In this document: piece by piece, positions 13,950 to 22,886 of the stretch
How positions within the stretch are numbered: position 1 is the first letter of the stretch
Layout of the letters: every line of letters starts with the position of its first letter
From: Candidatus Zixiibacteriota bacterium
GTDB taxonomy: Bacteria; Zixibacteria; MSB-5A5; GN15; FEB-12
Assembly (NCBI GenBank): GCA_041742355.1
Contig: JBGSIV010000274.1
Coordinates: 1 to 24,237, forward strand
Direction of reading: 5' to 3'
DNA length: 24,237 nt
Notes under the pieces: model-generated
What the model was told of the DNA's origin: nothing
The model's input: only the letters and a program-made list of their open reading frames with translations
The model's database searches: none
Program-made: the position numbers and the translations under genes

Positions 13950-16469
13950 TCACGGACACGCGACCGGATCGGGGCCGCCACGGAAAAGCGATGCGACCAG
14001 GTAGGTGATATCGGCGATGTTGGTGTGCTCATCGCCCGTGACGTCAGCGTGGGTAGGACATCCGGTGCCCGGCCCGCCGCGGAAAAGGGAAGCCACCAGG
14101 TACGTGAGATCAGCGATGTTGATCTTCTGGTCGCTCGTTACATCCCCCACCAGCGCACAGCAGCAGGCGTCGCCGACGCCGTTGCTGTCGGTATCGGCCT
14201 GGTCGGGGTTGGTGACGGAGGGGCAGTTGTCGACCGCATCGGGGACGCCGTCGGTGTCGGTGTCGAGGCCTTTAGTCCATTGAGCGAGGTACGCTGAGAC
14301 TCTGCCACCGGCGACGGAGAAACTTCCCCCCGCAATCAACGCGCTGTCGTAGATCGTCAGAGCACTAACGGAGTAGTCCGTCCCCGAGCCGAGGGGAGTC
14401 CACGAGGACGCGTTCCAGGAAGCAATGTTGTTGGCACCTATCTCGCCCGCAGTGCCGAAATACCCACCTGCGATCAGGGCATCGTTGAAGACCGTCAGGG
14501 CACAAACCGCGTAGTCCATCCCCGACCCGAGAGGCCACCAAACGGACCCGTCCCAAGACGCGATATTATGAGCGCTGACTCCACCCGCGGTGAAGAACTC
14601 CCCGCCCGCGATCAGATTGCCATACCACACTGTCAGGGCAAAGACGGGGCCATCCGTTCCAGAGCCGAGGGGATCCCACCAGGATGACCCGTCCCAGGAA
14701 GCGATGTAGTAGGTGAAGGCACCTCCAGCGATAAGAGTGTCGTTGTAGACTGTCAGAGCAAAGACATAACCATCTAGCCCCCAGCCGAGGGGTGACCAGG
14801 CAGACCCGTCCCACAAAGCGACATTGTTGGCGTTCATCTCGCCCACGGTGGTGAAGTCCCCTCCTACGACAAGGGTATCTTTGTACACGGCCAAAGCATA
14901 GACGGGGCCATTTGTTCCCGCGTCCAAGGGCGACCAGGCAGACCCGTCCCAAGAGGCGATGTGGTTGGCACTGGCTGCACCGGCCGTGGTAAACCAACCT
15001 CCCGCGATTAGAGCGCTTTCGTAGACAGCCAGAGCAACAACAGGATAATCCGTTCCGGCGCCCAAGGGCAACCAGTCGTTCCCATCCCATGCAGCGATGT
15101 TATAGGCGCCGACTCCGCCCACAGTGGTGAACTCTCCCCCTGCGATCAGGGCACCCTTGTATACCGTCAGGGCATAGACCGCTCCATCCATCCCCGGGCC
15201 ACCGAGATGAGCCCACGCGAATCCGTCCCAATACGCGATGTTGCTGGCACTCATTTCGCCTGCGGCGGTGAAAGCACCTGCTGCGATTAGGGCACCGTCG
15301 TACACGCTTAGGGCAGAGACACTATAGCCGCTAATCCCCGAACCGAGGGGCGACCAAGTCGAGCCGTTCCAGGAAGCGACACGGTTAGCGGCAGAATCCC
15401 CCGCAGTGGTGAAGGAGCCCCCCGCGATCAGAGCGCCGTTGTGGACCGTGAGGGCAGAGACGGGGGCATCCATCCCTGAGCCGAGGGGCGACCAGATAGA
15501 CTTGTCCCAAGACGCAATGTATCTGGCGCTGGTCCCGCCCGCAGTGGTGAAAGAGCCCCCCGCGATCAGGGTGTCGTTGCGGACCGTCAATGCAAGGACA
15601 GAGCTATATGAACTCATCCCTGAGCCAAGGGAGGACCAAACCGAGCCGTTCCAAGCGGCTATGCTGTTAGCTGTGAGCCCCCCCGCCGTCGCGAAACTTC
15701 CTCCCGCGATGAGATCGCCATCATACACGGTCAAAGCACGTACCATGCCGTTCGTCCCCAAGCCGAGGGGCGACCATGCAGATCCGTCCCACGAAGCGAT
15801 ATTGTTGGCGTTCATCTCACCTGCGGTGGTGAAGTCCCCCCCTACGACAAGGGTATCTTTGTACACAGCCAAAGCATAGACAGGACCGTTTGTCCCCGCG
15901 TCGAGGGGCGACCAGGCAGACCCGTCCCAAGAGGCAATATTGTTAGCGCTGACGCCGCCCGCGGTGGAGAAATACCCCCCGGCAACCAGAACGCCGTTGT
16001 AAACGGTCAGGGCAAGGACATAACCACTTATCCCCTCGCCGAGAGGCGACCACTCTGACCCGTCCCAAGAAGCAATGCCATAAGTAAGACCACAACGCGC
16101 GACCTTGAACGCCCCGCCTACGACGAGGTGGCCATCGAATACGGTTGCCACAACTACTTCGCGGTCAAAGCTGGTGAAGCACGGAGAGATGGTGTTGTCC
16201 CAGTAGATGTCGTCCGGGTCGTCGGCGGCAGAAGCTGGTTGGAATAAGGGTGCGCCGCTTTCGGGGTCGATGACCGACTGGAAGCCGTCAATCTCCAGCG
16301 AACCTTCGTATCCGGAGCGACGGGCGGCATCGAGATCGAAGCGGCCATCGGGGGTGAGGAAATCGCCCACGCTGCGTCCCTGAGCGGCCGGGGGAGCAAC
16401 CGGACTGTCGGCAAATGTGGCACCCGCGAGGAGCATGCTCAACGCGAAAGATACGAAGGTTGTCCTCAT
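13950..16469 (-). CDS. Secreted repeat protein P3: signal peptide, 14 x ~46-aa beta-propeller-like repeats, TSP3 motif, dockerin-like C-terminus (839 aa)
   Basis: AAGGA SD; MRTTFVSFALSMLLAGATFA signal; same architecture as P1/P2, and its C-terminal ~105 aa closely resemble P2. Confidence 0.88.
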   Translation of the reverse strand: MRTTFVSFALSMLLAGATFADSPVAPPAAQGRSVGDFLTPDGRFDLDAARRSGYEGSLEIDGFQSVIDPESGAPLFQPASAADDPDDIYWDNTISPCFTSFDREVVVATVFDGHLVVGGAFKVARCGLTYGIASWDGSEWSPLGEGISGYVLALTVYNGVLVAGGYFSTAGGVSANNIASWDGSAWSPLDAGTNGPVYALAVYKDTLVVGGDFTTAGEMNANNIASWDGSAWSPLGLGTNGMVRALTVYDGDLIAGGSFATAGGLTANSIAAWNGSVWSSLGSGMSSYSSVLALTVRNDTLIAGGSFTTAGGTSARYIASWDKSIWSPLGSGMDAPVSALTVHNGALIAGGSFTTAGDSAANRVASWNGSTWSPLGSGISGYSVSALSVYDGALIAAGAFTAAGEMSASNIAYWDGFAWAHLGGPGMDGAVYALTVYKGALIAGGEFTTVGGVGAYNIAAWDGNDWLPLGAGTDYPVVALAVYESALIAGGWFTTAGAASANHIASWDGSAWSPLDAGTNGPVYALAVYKDTLVVGGDFTTVGEMNANNVALWDGSAWSPLGWGLDGYVFALTVYNDTLIAGGAFTYYIASWDGSSWWDPLGSGTDGPVFALTVWYGNLIAGGEFFTAGGVSAHNIASWDGSVWWPLGSGMDYAVCALTVFNDALIAGGYFGTAGEIGANNIASWNASSWTPLGSGTDYSVSALTIYDSALIAGGSFSVAGGRVSAYLAQWTKGLDTDTDGVPDAVDNCPSVTNPDQADTDSNGVGDACCCALVGDVTSDQKINIADLTYLVASLFRGGPGTGCPTHADVTGDEHTNIADITYLVASLFRGGPDPVACP

Positions 16470-16533
16470 AGATAGTCCTTGCGTCTATGCTGGTGAAACC
16501 AGCCGATGTAGCGAACCCTGCGCTTACTGACGC

Positions 16534-16562
16534 AAGATACCAATAGTGGATGTTTTGGTCAA
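16534..16562 (-). promoter_or_regulatory. Putative promoter of P3
   Basis: Minus strand TTGACC-N17-TATCTT. Confidence 0.65.
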
Positions 16563-16633
16563 GATCAAAGGAAGATGGGCGACCGAAGCCGCGGAGGAAA
16601 GCCTCGCGGTACCAGGCTGCCGGTCGCGAGCAC

Positions 16634-16676
16634 GTCGGGTTTCTCGGGACCTTCGGTCCCTCCGAACCCGACCTAC
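16634..16676 (-). repeat. GTAG-type REP-like palindrome, copy 2
   Basis: Plus strand GTCGGGTTTCTCGGGACC-TTC-GGTCCCTCCGAACCCGAC-CTAC. Confidence 0.85.
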
Positions 16677-16712
16677 TCCCGGAGCCCGAGCGACGTCTCC
16701 CCCGCTTTCGCC

Positions 16713-16741
16713 TTGCCAATCACCCATAATGGATGTACTCT
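16713..16741 (+). promoter_or_regulatory. Putative promoter of AT2 (leaderless configuration)
   Basis: TTGCCA-N17-TACTCT, then 6 nt, then ATG 16748. The same spacing is kept in the remnant at 10709-10746. Confidence 0.55.
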
Positions 16742-16747
16742 GTCCGG

Positions 16748-17944
16748 ATGAAACTCTCGGCTAATATGACGAACATGCGTCCATCGGGGACGATGGCATA
16801 TTTCGCAAGGGTGCGGGAACTGGTGCAGGCGGGACGGAACATCATCTCGCTGGCGACCGGGGAGCTGCACTCCCCCACGCCGGAGCAGATTTGCCGGGCA
16901 GGAATCCGGGCGATTCGCGAGGGGCACACGAAGTACACGCTCAATCCGGGGCTCCGGGATCTTCGAGGGGCGATCGCGCGGACTGTCTCGGCGGCGCAGG
17001 GTATTCGATACGCGTTCGACCAGGTGATTGTCAGCAACGGCTCGAAGCAGTCGCTGTTCAACGCGCTCTACGCGGCGTGCGGGCCGGGGGACGAAGTGAT
17101 CGTGATGTCGCCGTACTACCCGAGCTACCCCGAGCAGGTGCGTATGGCCGGAGCGACACCGGTGCTGGTGCCGACACGAAGAGGTCAGGGGTATCAGATC
17201 GACGAGGCGTTGCTGCGAAGCCAGATAAGCGAGCGGACGCGGGCGATCGTGATCAACAGCCCAAACAATCCGACCGGGATGGTTTACGACGAGAAATCGC
17301 TTCAGGCAGTAGCGCAGATGGCGAGGGAGACAGAGTGCTGGGTGATCTCGGACGATATCTACGAGGCCATTGTTTATCCCCCTGCGCAGATGCGGTACAT
17401 TCTGCGGGTGGCGCCGGATCTGGCCGATCGGGTCGTTATTGTGAGCGGGTTCTCCAAGAGCTACGCGATGACCGGATGGCGGGTGGGGTACGCGGTCGGG
17501 CCGAAGGGGATAGTCGACGCGATGGCGCTGGTGCAGTCGCACGTGACCAATAATGCGTCATCGGTGTCGCAGCATGCCGCGCTGGCGGCACTGGAGGAGG
17601 GCTCGGATTTCCGCGCAAAGGTGGTAGTGCAGTTGCAGATGCAGCGGGATACCGCGCACGAAGTGCTGACGGGGGTGGCAGGGGTCGAGTGCCCGCTCGG
17701 CGAGGGGGCGTTCTACCTGTTCCCGGATGTGTCGGGAGTGCTCGGGGGGATGGCGGGAGAGCGCGAAATCCGGACATCGTCGGATCTGGCCCTGTACCTG
17801 CTTGAAGAACACGAGGTGGCGGTCGTGCCGGGATCGGCTTTTGGGCTGGAGAGTTGTATCAGAATTTCGTATGCTACAGTTGACAGCCGCCTGAACGAGG
17901 GGTTGCGCCGCCTGCAAACGGGGCTGGAACAAATTCGGCGGTAG
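16748..17944 (+). CDS. PLP-dependent class I/II aminotransferase (aspartate aminotransferase-like), AT2
   Basis: SLATGE, TKYT..PG, GSKQSL, PYYPSY, NSPNNPTG, SDDIY, SKSYAMTGWRVG. Start placed at MKLSAN (16733 also possible). Confidence 0.9.
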   Translation: MKLSANMTNMRPSGTMAYFARVRELVQAGRNIISLATGELHSPTPEQICRAGIRAIREGHTKYTLNPGLRDLRGAIARTVSAAQGIRYAFDQVIVSNGSKQSLFNALYAACGPGDEVIVMSPYYPSYPEQVRMAGATPVLVPTRRGQGYQIDEALLRSQISERTRAIVINSPNNPTGMVYDEKSLQAVAQMARETECWVISDDIYEAIVYPPAQMRYILRVAPDLADRVVIVSGFSKSYAMTGWRVGYAVGPKGIVDAMALVQSHVTNNASSVSQHAALAALEEGSDFRAKVVVQLQMQRDTAHEVLTGVAGVECPLGEGAFYLFPDVSGVLGGMAGEREIRTSSDLALYLLEEHEVAVVPGSAFGLESCIRISYATVDSRLNEGLRRLQTGLEQIRR

Positions 17945-17999
17945 AAGCAATATGCGTCTTTGTCGACCGTTGTGACGAGACAGGAGTGAGTAGAGACTA

Positions 18000-18230
18000 A
18001 TGCCGACCTATCAGTACCTCTGCAACAAGTGCGGACACCAGTTCGAGGAGATGCAGCGGATCAGCGATTTGCCGCTCACCGAATGCCCCAAGTGCAAAGG
18101 GGATGTCGAGCGGGTAATAACCGGCGGAGCGGGGATCGTGTTCAAGGGGAGCGGATTCTACATTACCGATTACCGGAAGAAGGATTACAAGGACGCCGCC
18201 GGGAAGGACAAGAGCGGGTCGAAGGATTGA
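18000..18230 (+). CDS. FmdB-family zinc-ribbon regulatory protein
   Basis: MPTYQYLCNKCGHQFE..CPKC..FKGSGFYITDY signature. Confidence 0.9.
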   Translation: MPTYQYLCNKCGHQFEEMQRISDLPLTECPKCKGDVERVITGGAGIVFKGSGFYITDYRKKDYKDAAGKDKSGSKD

Positions 18231-18237
18231 GGGAGTT

Positions 18238-18743
18238 GTAGGGCGGGAATCCCCAGATTCCCGCCATGGCAATACTACAGCCGTATCCGGCAGGAGCCTG
18301 GGGGCTCCTGCCCTACAAGAGAACAGGCTGCACGGCAGTAGGTCGGCAGCCTGACAAGACCATTTCGAGCACACAAGAAGTCAGGCTCCAAGGAGCCTGA
18401 CCTACGGGACCAATTGTAGAACCGTAGGAGCTTTGGGGCTCATAGCATGCAGCAAAACAAGTGTCATGGTTCGACTCCGCTCAGCATGACAACATTGATC
18501 GTCACCCTGAGCGGAGTCGAAGGGGGACGGGGGAGCAGAGAGGACTGGATCCCGGGGCAAGCCCGGGATGACAGTTTCCGAGAGTCGGTTTAGGTTAATG
18601 TCAGGACCACGAGGATCCTGACCTACAGGAAGAATACCGATCCGAGTTTCGATTTGGGTCAATGGCAGGACCCTGGGGGATCCTGCCCTACAGAATGTCC
18701 CAGAGCCCATGCGAGGCACGACCACTGAAGGGTCGTGCCCTAC
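18238..18743. repeat. Intergenic mosaic of REP-like and other palindromic repeats
   Basis: GTAG/CTAC-tagged hairpins at 18238-18265, 18289-18316, 18338-18355, 18380-18405, 18600-18626, 18664-18691 and 18715-18743. Non-GTAG palindromes at 18462-18525 and 18546-18574. Confidence 0.85.
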
Positions 18744-18800
18744 AATGTGCGTACAGCGTGCCCGACAACGTGCGATGCAGCCACAGCGACAACCACAGCC

Positions 18801-20165
18801 ATGATGCCACACGACTTCAAACCACTTCACTGCCTCCTCTCAACCCCCGATGCCCTTGTGCTCGATGTCGACAATTACGAAGCGTACCACCACGACGCGA
18901 CGGATTACCGGGGACGTCCGGCGGCGATTGTTTTTGCGACCTGCGAGCAGGATGTGATCGAGACTGTCCGGTTCTGCGCCGAGCATGAGATACCCCTTGT
19001 CGGGCGCGGGGCGGGGACAGGGTTGTCGGGCGGGTGTGTGCCGACGATGGGGGAACTGGTGCTGTCGACCGAGCGGATGACCGAGCTGTGTGTCGACCCG
19101 GTGTGGCGAATCGCGGTCTGCGGGCCGGGGGTGATCACCAAACATCTGCAGGATGAAGCACTCAAATTCAACTTCGCCTATCCCCCGGATCCGGCATCGT
19201 ACACTGAATCGACGCTCGGCGGGAATATTGCGGAGAACGCCGGGGGGCTTCGCTGCAAGCGGTTCGGGGTGACGCGGGACTACGTGATCGGATTGCGGGG
19301 GATCCTGGCTGACGGCCGGGTCCTGGATACCGGGATCTTCAACCGGAACGGCGGGTTCAACTTCACCGATCTGCTCATCGCCTCTGAAGGGACGCTGGTG
19401 ATTACCACGCGGATTGCGGTGCGGCTTGTTCCTGCCTGTGGGCGCGGGACGACAATCCTGGCGGCGTTTGATACCCCCGAGCAGGCAGCGCAGACCGTCT
19501 CGGATATCACCGGGGCGGGAATTATTCCGATGGTGCTGGAGTATGTAGACGGGGACGCGGCCTCGGTCGCCAATGCGTACAAGCATACGGAGGGGATCGA
19601 CAAGGCGGCGGCGGTCCTGTTAATCGAGACCACGGAGCTGGATCCGGAGGGGGAAACGGCGCGTATCCGCCGGTTCTGCGAGGGCAACCAAGCGGCCTAT
19701 GTTCGGGCCGAGGCCGACCCGGAGCGGGCGGAGGTGTTGTGGGATGTCCGACGGAATATCTCGACTGCGCTTAAAGCTATGGCGGCGATACGGATATCCG
19801 AGGATGTCGCGGTTCCGAACAGCCGTTTCCCGGATCTGGTGGCGTATGTGTCGGAGTTGAATGCGGCCAGTTCGATCCGGATCAACTCGTACGGGCACGC
19901 GGGGGATGGCAATTTGCATGTGAATTTCATTAGTATGACCGGTTCGGATGGGGATCGGGAGGAGATTGAGCGCCGGATCGGGGAGTTGATGCGGCGGACG
20001 ATCGAGCTTGGGGGGACGTTGTCCGGGGAGCACGGGATCGGGTTGGCCAAACGCCAGTTTATCGGCCTTGAATTCGATGATTCGACGCTGGAGGCGATGC
20101 GCGAGTTCAAACGAATCTTTGACCCATCAAGCACTTTCGGGCCCGGGAAAATTCTCGAAATATAG
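18801..20165 (+). CDS. FAD-linked oxidase, GlcD / D-2-hydroxyacid dehydrogenase family
   Basis: RGAGTGLSGG, YPPDPAS..STLGGNIAENAGG, ASEGTL, EDVAVP, GHAGDGNLH, GTLSGEHGIG. Start moved to ATGATG at 18801 because the 18735 start lies in a REP. Confidence 0.9.
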   Translation: MMPHDFKPLHCLLSTPDALVLDVDNYEAYHHDATDYRGRPAAIVFATCEQDVIETVRFCAEHEIPLVGRGAGTGLSGGCVPTMGELVLSTERMTELCVDPVWRIAVCGPGVITKHLQDEALKFNFAYPPDPASYTESTLGGNIAENAGGLRCKRFGVTRDYVIGLRGILADGRVLDTGIFNRNGGFNFTDLLIASEGTLVITTRIAVRLVPACGRGTTILAAFDTPEQAAQTVSDITGAGIIPMVLEYVDGDAASVANAYKHTEGIDKAAAVLLIETTELDPEGETARIRRFCEGNQAAYVRAEADPERAEVLWDVRRNISTALKAMAAIRISEDVAVPNSRFPDLVAYVSELNAASSIRINSYGHAGDGNLHVNFISMTGSDGDREEIERRIGELMRRTIELGGTLSGEHGIGLAKRQFIGLEFDDSTLEAMREFKRIFDPSSTFGPGKILEI

Positions 20166-20195
20166 GCCTCGATCCCCTTTTTCCCTCACGGAGAC

Positions 20196-20224
20196 TTGAC
20201 AACCCCCGTAGCAGTTGTTACACT
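20196..20224 (+). promoter_or_regulatory. sigma70-type promoter of gltA
   Basis: TTGACA-N17-TACACT with a TG extension. Confidence 0.75.
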
Positions 20225-20233
20225 GAGCGGCAA

Positions 20234-20253
20234 AATGTGAATAGTTTCACATT
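20234..20253. promoter_or_regulatory. Palindromic operator (Rex- or CRP/FNR-like) just downstream of the gltA promoter
   Basis: AATGTGAA-TAGT-TTCACATT, a perfect 8-bp inverted repeat with a TGTGA-N6-TCACA core. Confidence 0.65.
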
Positions 20254-20322
20254 GAAAGATGAACTGATGCGACTTGTCATACACATCCAAATCTGGAACC
20301 AACAGTAATAAAGGAGCATCTG

Positions 20323-21618
20323 ATGGCCAAGACTCTCAAAGAGACGCTGGGCGAACTCATTCCGAAATGGCGCGAGGACCGCACGAAGCTGGCGAAGGAA
20401 GCCGGTGAACTGAAGATTTCGGAAGTGAACATCGGTCAGGCGATCGGCGGCATGCGCGGCGTCAAGGGCCTCGTCTGCGATACGTCGGTAGTGGAACCCG
20501 ATCAGGGTCTCATCATTCGCGGCTATCCGGTGGCGAAGCTGACCGAGAAGCTGCCGGAGGAGGTTTTCTGGCTGCTTCTGACCGGCAAGCTGCCGACGGA
20601 AGAAGAGACCAAGGGGCTGCAGAAAGAGCTGCGCACCCGCGCCGAGGTCCCGCCGTATGTGATAAAGGTCCTCAAGGCGATGCCGAAGAATTCGCATCCG
20701 ATGGCGATGCTGGATACCGGTATTCTCGTGATGGAGTGCGAGTCCGAGTTCCGTCGCCGCTATACCGAAGGCATGAAGAAAGACGTGTACTGGGAGCCGG
20801 CGCTGGAAGATTCGCTGCGCATTCTCGGCACGATCACCGGAATCGCCGCCGCGGTGTACCGGATCAAGTACCACAAGGGTGACATCATTGAGACTTCCCA
20901 TAAGGACGACTGGTCGGCGGACTACGTGAAGATGCTCGGCCTGCCGCCGAAGAAGGGCGACACCGCGAAGATGATGCGCCTCTACCTCGTGCTGCACAGC
21001 GATCACGAGGGCGGCAACGTGTCGGCGTTTTCGGCGCACACGGTCGGCAGCGCATTGTCCGATCCGTACTATGCCCTGTCCGCCGGTCTGAACGGCCTGG
21101 CGGGCCCACTGCACGGTCTGGCCAACCAGGAATGCCTGGGCTGGGTTCTGGAAACGATGGAGAAGTTCGGCGGCGCCCCGACCGAAGAGCAGCTGCACAA
21201 GTACGCGTGGGATACCCTCAACAGCGGCAAAGTGGTGCCGGGTTACGGCCATGCGGTTCTGCGTGTGACCGATCCGCGGTTCACCGCGTTTATCGAGTTT
21301 GGCAAGAAGTATCTTGCGAAGGATCCGGTTTTCCAGACGGTCAACCGCGTGTTCAACGTGGTGCCGGGCGTGCTCAAAGAGCACGGCAAGGCGAAGGATC
21401 CGTGGCCGAATGTCGACGCCGGTTCGGGTGCGATTCTGTATCCGTTCGGACTGACGCAGTTCGAGTACTACACGGTGCTGTTCAGTGTCTCGCGTGCGAC
21501 GGGCATTCTCGCGCAGCTGGTGCTGAACCGTGCGCTGGGTACGGCGATTACGCGGCCGAAGTCGGTGTCGACCGAGTGGCTGCAGAATTTCGTGAAGAAG
21601 GCGCAGGTGCCGGCGTAA
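20323..21618 (+). CDS. gltA: Citrate (Si)-synthase, eukaryote-like type
   Basis: GGMRGVKGLV.DTS, LHSDHEGGNVSA, SALSDPY, GLAGPLHGLANQE, VVPGYGHAVLRVTDPR, WPNVDA; AAGGAG SD. Confidence 0.95.
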   Translation: MAKTLKETLGELIPKWREDRTKLAKEAGELKISEVNIGQAIGGMRGVKGLVCDTSVVEPDQGLIIRGYPVAKLTEKLPEEVFWLLLTGKLPTEEETKGLQKELRTRAEVPPYVIKVLKAMPKNSHPMAMLDTGILVMECESEFRRRYTEGMKKDVYWEPALEDSLRILGTITGIAAAVYRIKYHKGDIIETSHKDDWSADYVKMLGLPPKKGDTAKMMRLYLVLHSDHEGGNVSAFSAHTVGSALSDPYYALSAGLNGLAGPLHGLANQECLGWVLETMEKFGGAPTEEQLHKYAWDTLNSGKVVPGYGHAVLRVTDPRFTAFIEFGKKYLAKDPVFQTVNRVFNVVPGVLKEHGKAKDPWPNVDAGSGAILYPFGLTQFEYYTVLFSVSRATGILAQLVLNRALGTAITRPKSVSTEWLQNFVKKAQVPA

Positions 21619-21663
21619 GCGCGATTTGGAATTAGTGTTTCATCATCGACAGGCATCATGACG

Positions 21664-21697
21664 AACCGGCCCGCTTTCCCGAGCGGGCCGGTTTCTT
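21664..21697 (+). terminator. Intrinsic terminator of gltA
   Basis: AACCGGCCCGCT-TTCCCG-AGCGGGCCGGTT-TCTT. Confidence 0.8.
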
Positions 21698-21719
21698 ATG
21701 GGGGGGCAGGAACAAGTTT

Positions 21720-22235
21720 GTAGGTCAAATCCCTTTTGCCAACCGCCGTATCATTTGCACCCCTAATACAGTGCGGCGGGCGAGAACGGAGATCGGCGTT
21801 GCGAGGGATTTGACATGGCCTCGGCGAATGTCAAATCCCTCTGGGTCGTCGCACCCAATCATCGGATGCCAAATCCTGTGCGGCCAGGTTCCATCAAGCG
21901 GATCAAAAGGGGATTTGACCTACGGCTGATCGCGATCGCTTCGCTAACCCTTGCAACAGAGATGACTTTGCGAGGGATTTGACATGGCCTCTGCGAATGT
22001 CAAATCCCTCTAATTGGTCGCACCCAATCATCGGTTGCCAAATCCTTTGCAATCAGGTTCCATCAAGCGGCTCAAAAAGGGATTTGACCTACCGATTTTG
22101 AACCGGGGGTCCGGCGTTGAGAGGGATTTGAGGTTGTTTCTGTCAAATCCCTCTCAACGATCACTCCCGATTGCCGTTGGCTTAGTTCCGCGCAGACGGT
22201 TTTACTCGAGCCGTTCAAAAAGGGATTTGACCTAC
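21720..22235. repeat. RAYT-flanking REP/REPIN-like array, left
   Basis: Ten copies of GTCAAATCCC/GGGATTTGAC (one variant). GTAG at 21720; CTAC ends at 21923, 22092 and 22235. Confidence 0.9.
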
Positions 22236-22260
22236 AACTCGGAAAGCAGAGCTGGCGACG

Positions 22261-22764
22261 CTATTCACCGAATTCAGACCCGGGGATTGTCTGGTCGAAA
22301 CTTGCCCAATCTGCTCCGTACATTCCGCAGCGAACGAAGGAACCGAAGGATGACCACTCGTATTCGTGTGGAGTCGGTGCCAGACCATGCTTGACCGGGT
22401 TGTAGTGAATGTAGTCGAGGTGTCTCCGCAGGTCTCCCTCGCTCCGAATGACATGGTCCCAGAAGCGGTACTGCCATAGACGACCTGTCGCAGCCGGATG
22501 GGTCGCCCTGAATCGTTTGGAGAACGACAGTTTCACTTCTCGGACGATCTCTGAAAGATCGTTGTTCCGAGGAAGCAGGATCATGTGAAAGTGATCAGGG
22601 AGTATCGCCCATGCGACTACACCAAATCGCCGCCGCGACCGTATTCTCCCCCAGGCGCTTAAGAGCAATCGCTCCGAGCCGCTCAGGATCGGCAGTCTCT
22701 CGAGCGTGACATGAGTCGTAAAATACAGTTGCCCCGAATCATAGTAACGGCGAATCATCGACAT
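22261..22764 (-). mobile_element. REP-associated tyrosine transposase (RAYT / TnpA-REP, Y1 HUH family)
   Basis: YFTT, AILPDHFH (HUH), LWQYRFWDHVIR, HLDYIHYNPVKHGL, WSSF, C-terminal FGE; flanked on both sides by GTAG repeats; no tnpB. Confidence 0.93.
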
Positions 22765-22886
22765 GGCCCAACTTGCTCCTGCCGAGAGTGTAATCGCAAC
22801 CCTTCTGGAGTTTTCAGCTTTGGAGAGACGCTGTCAATCACATTCTCCCATGCCGACAAAGGCTCGCCGCACCGAAGCACGTAGCC

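Noticed and set aside
8033..16469. Diversity-generating retroelement behind the variable repeats
   Set aside because: No reverse transcriptase or TR/VR pair with adenine-specific differences is visible; near-copies differ at mixed bases, mostly synonymously.
7830..16750. Integron cassette array or prophage
   Set aside because: No integrase or phage genes. Spacer hairpins lack attC RYYYAAC/GTTRRRY ends, and the cassettes carry their own promoters.
18468..18478. tRNA T-arm-like GGTTCGACTCC
   Set aside because: No acceptor, D or anticodon arms; it is part of a palindromic repeat that pairs with 18501-18525.
18402..18830. ORFs across the REP mosaic (18402-18830, 17997-18374) and the 18735 start of the FAD oxidase
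   Set aside because: They translate repeat sequence (VIPGLPRDP, PFDSAQGD, CHAERSR) and lack coding support.
22014..22394. Small ORFs in the RAYT flanks (22014-22394, 23026-23211) and the 23232 start of the VOC gene
   Set aside because: They derive from repeat sequence (KGFDL, VKSL) with no SD or domain evidence.
22261..22764. IS200/IS605 insertion sequence with TnpB
   Set aside because: No tnpB or single pair of IS end hairpins; the protein motifs and multiple GTAG repeats fit RAYT.
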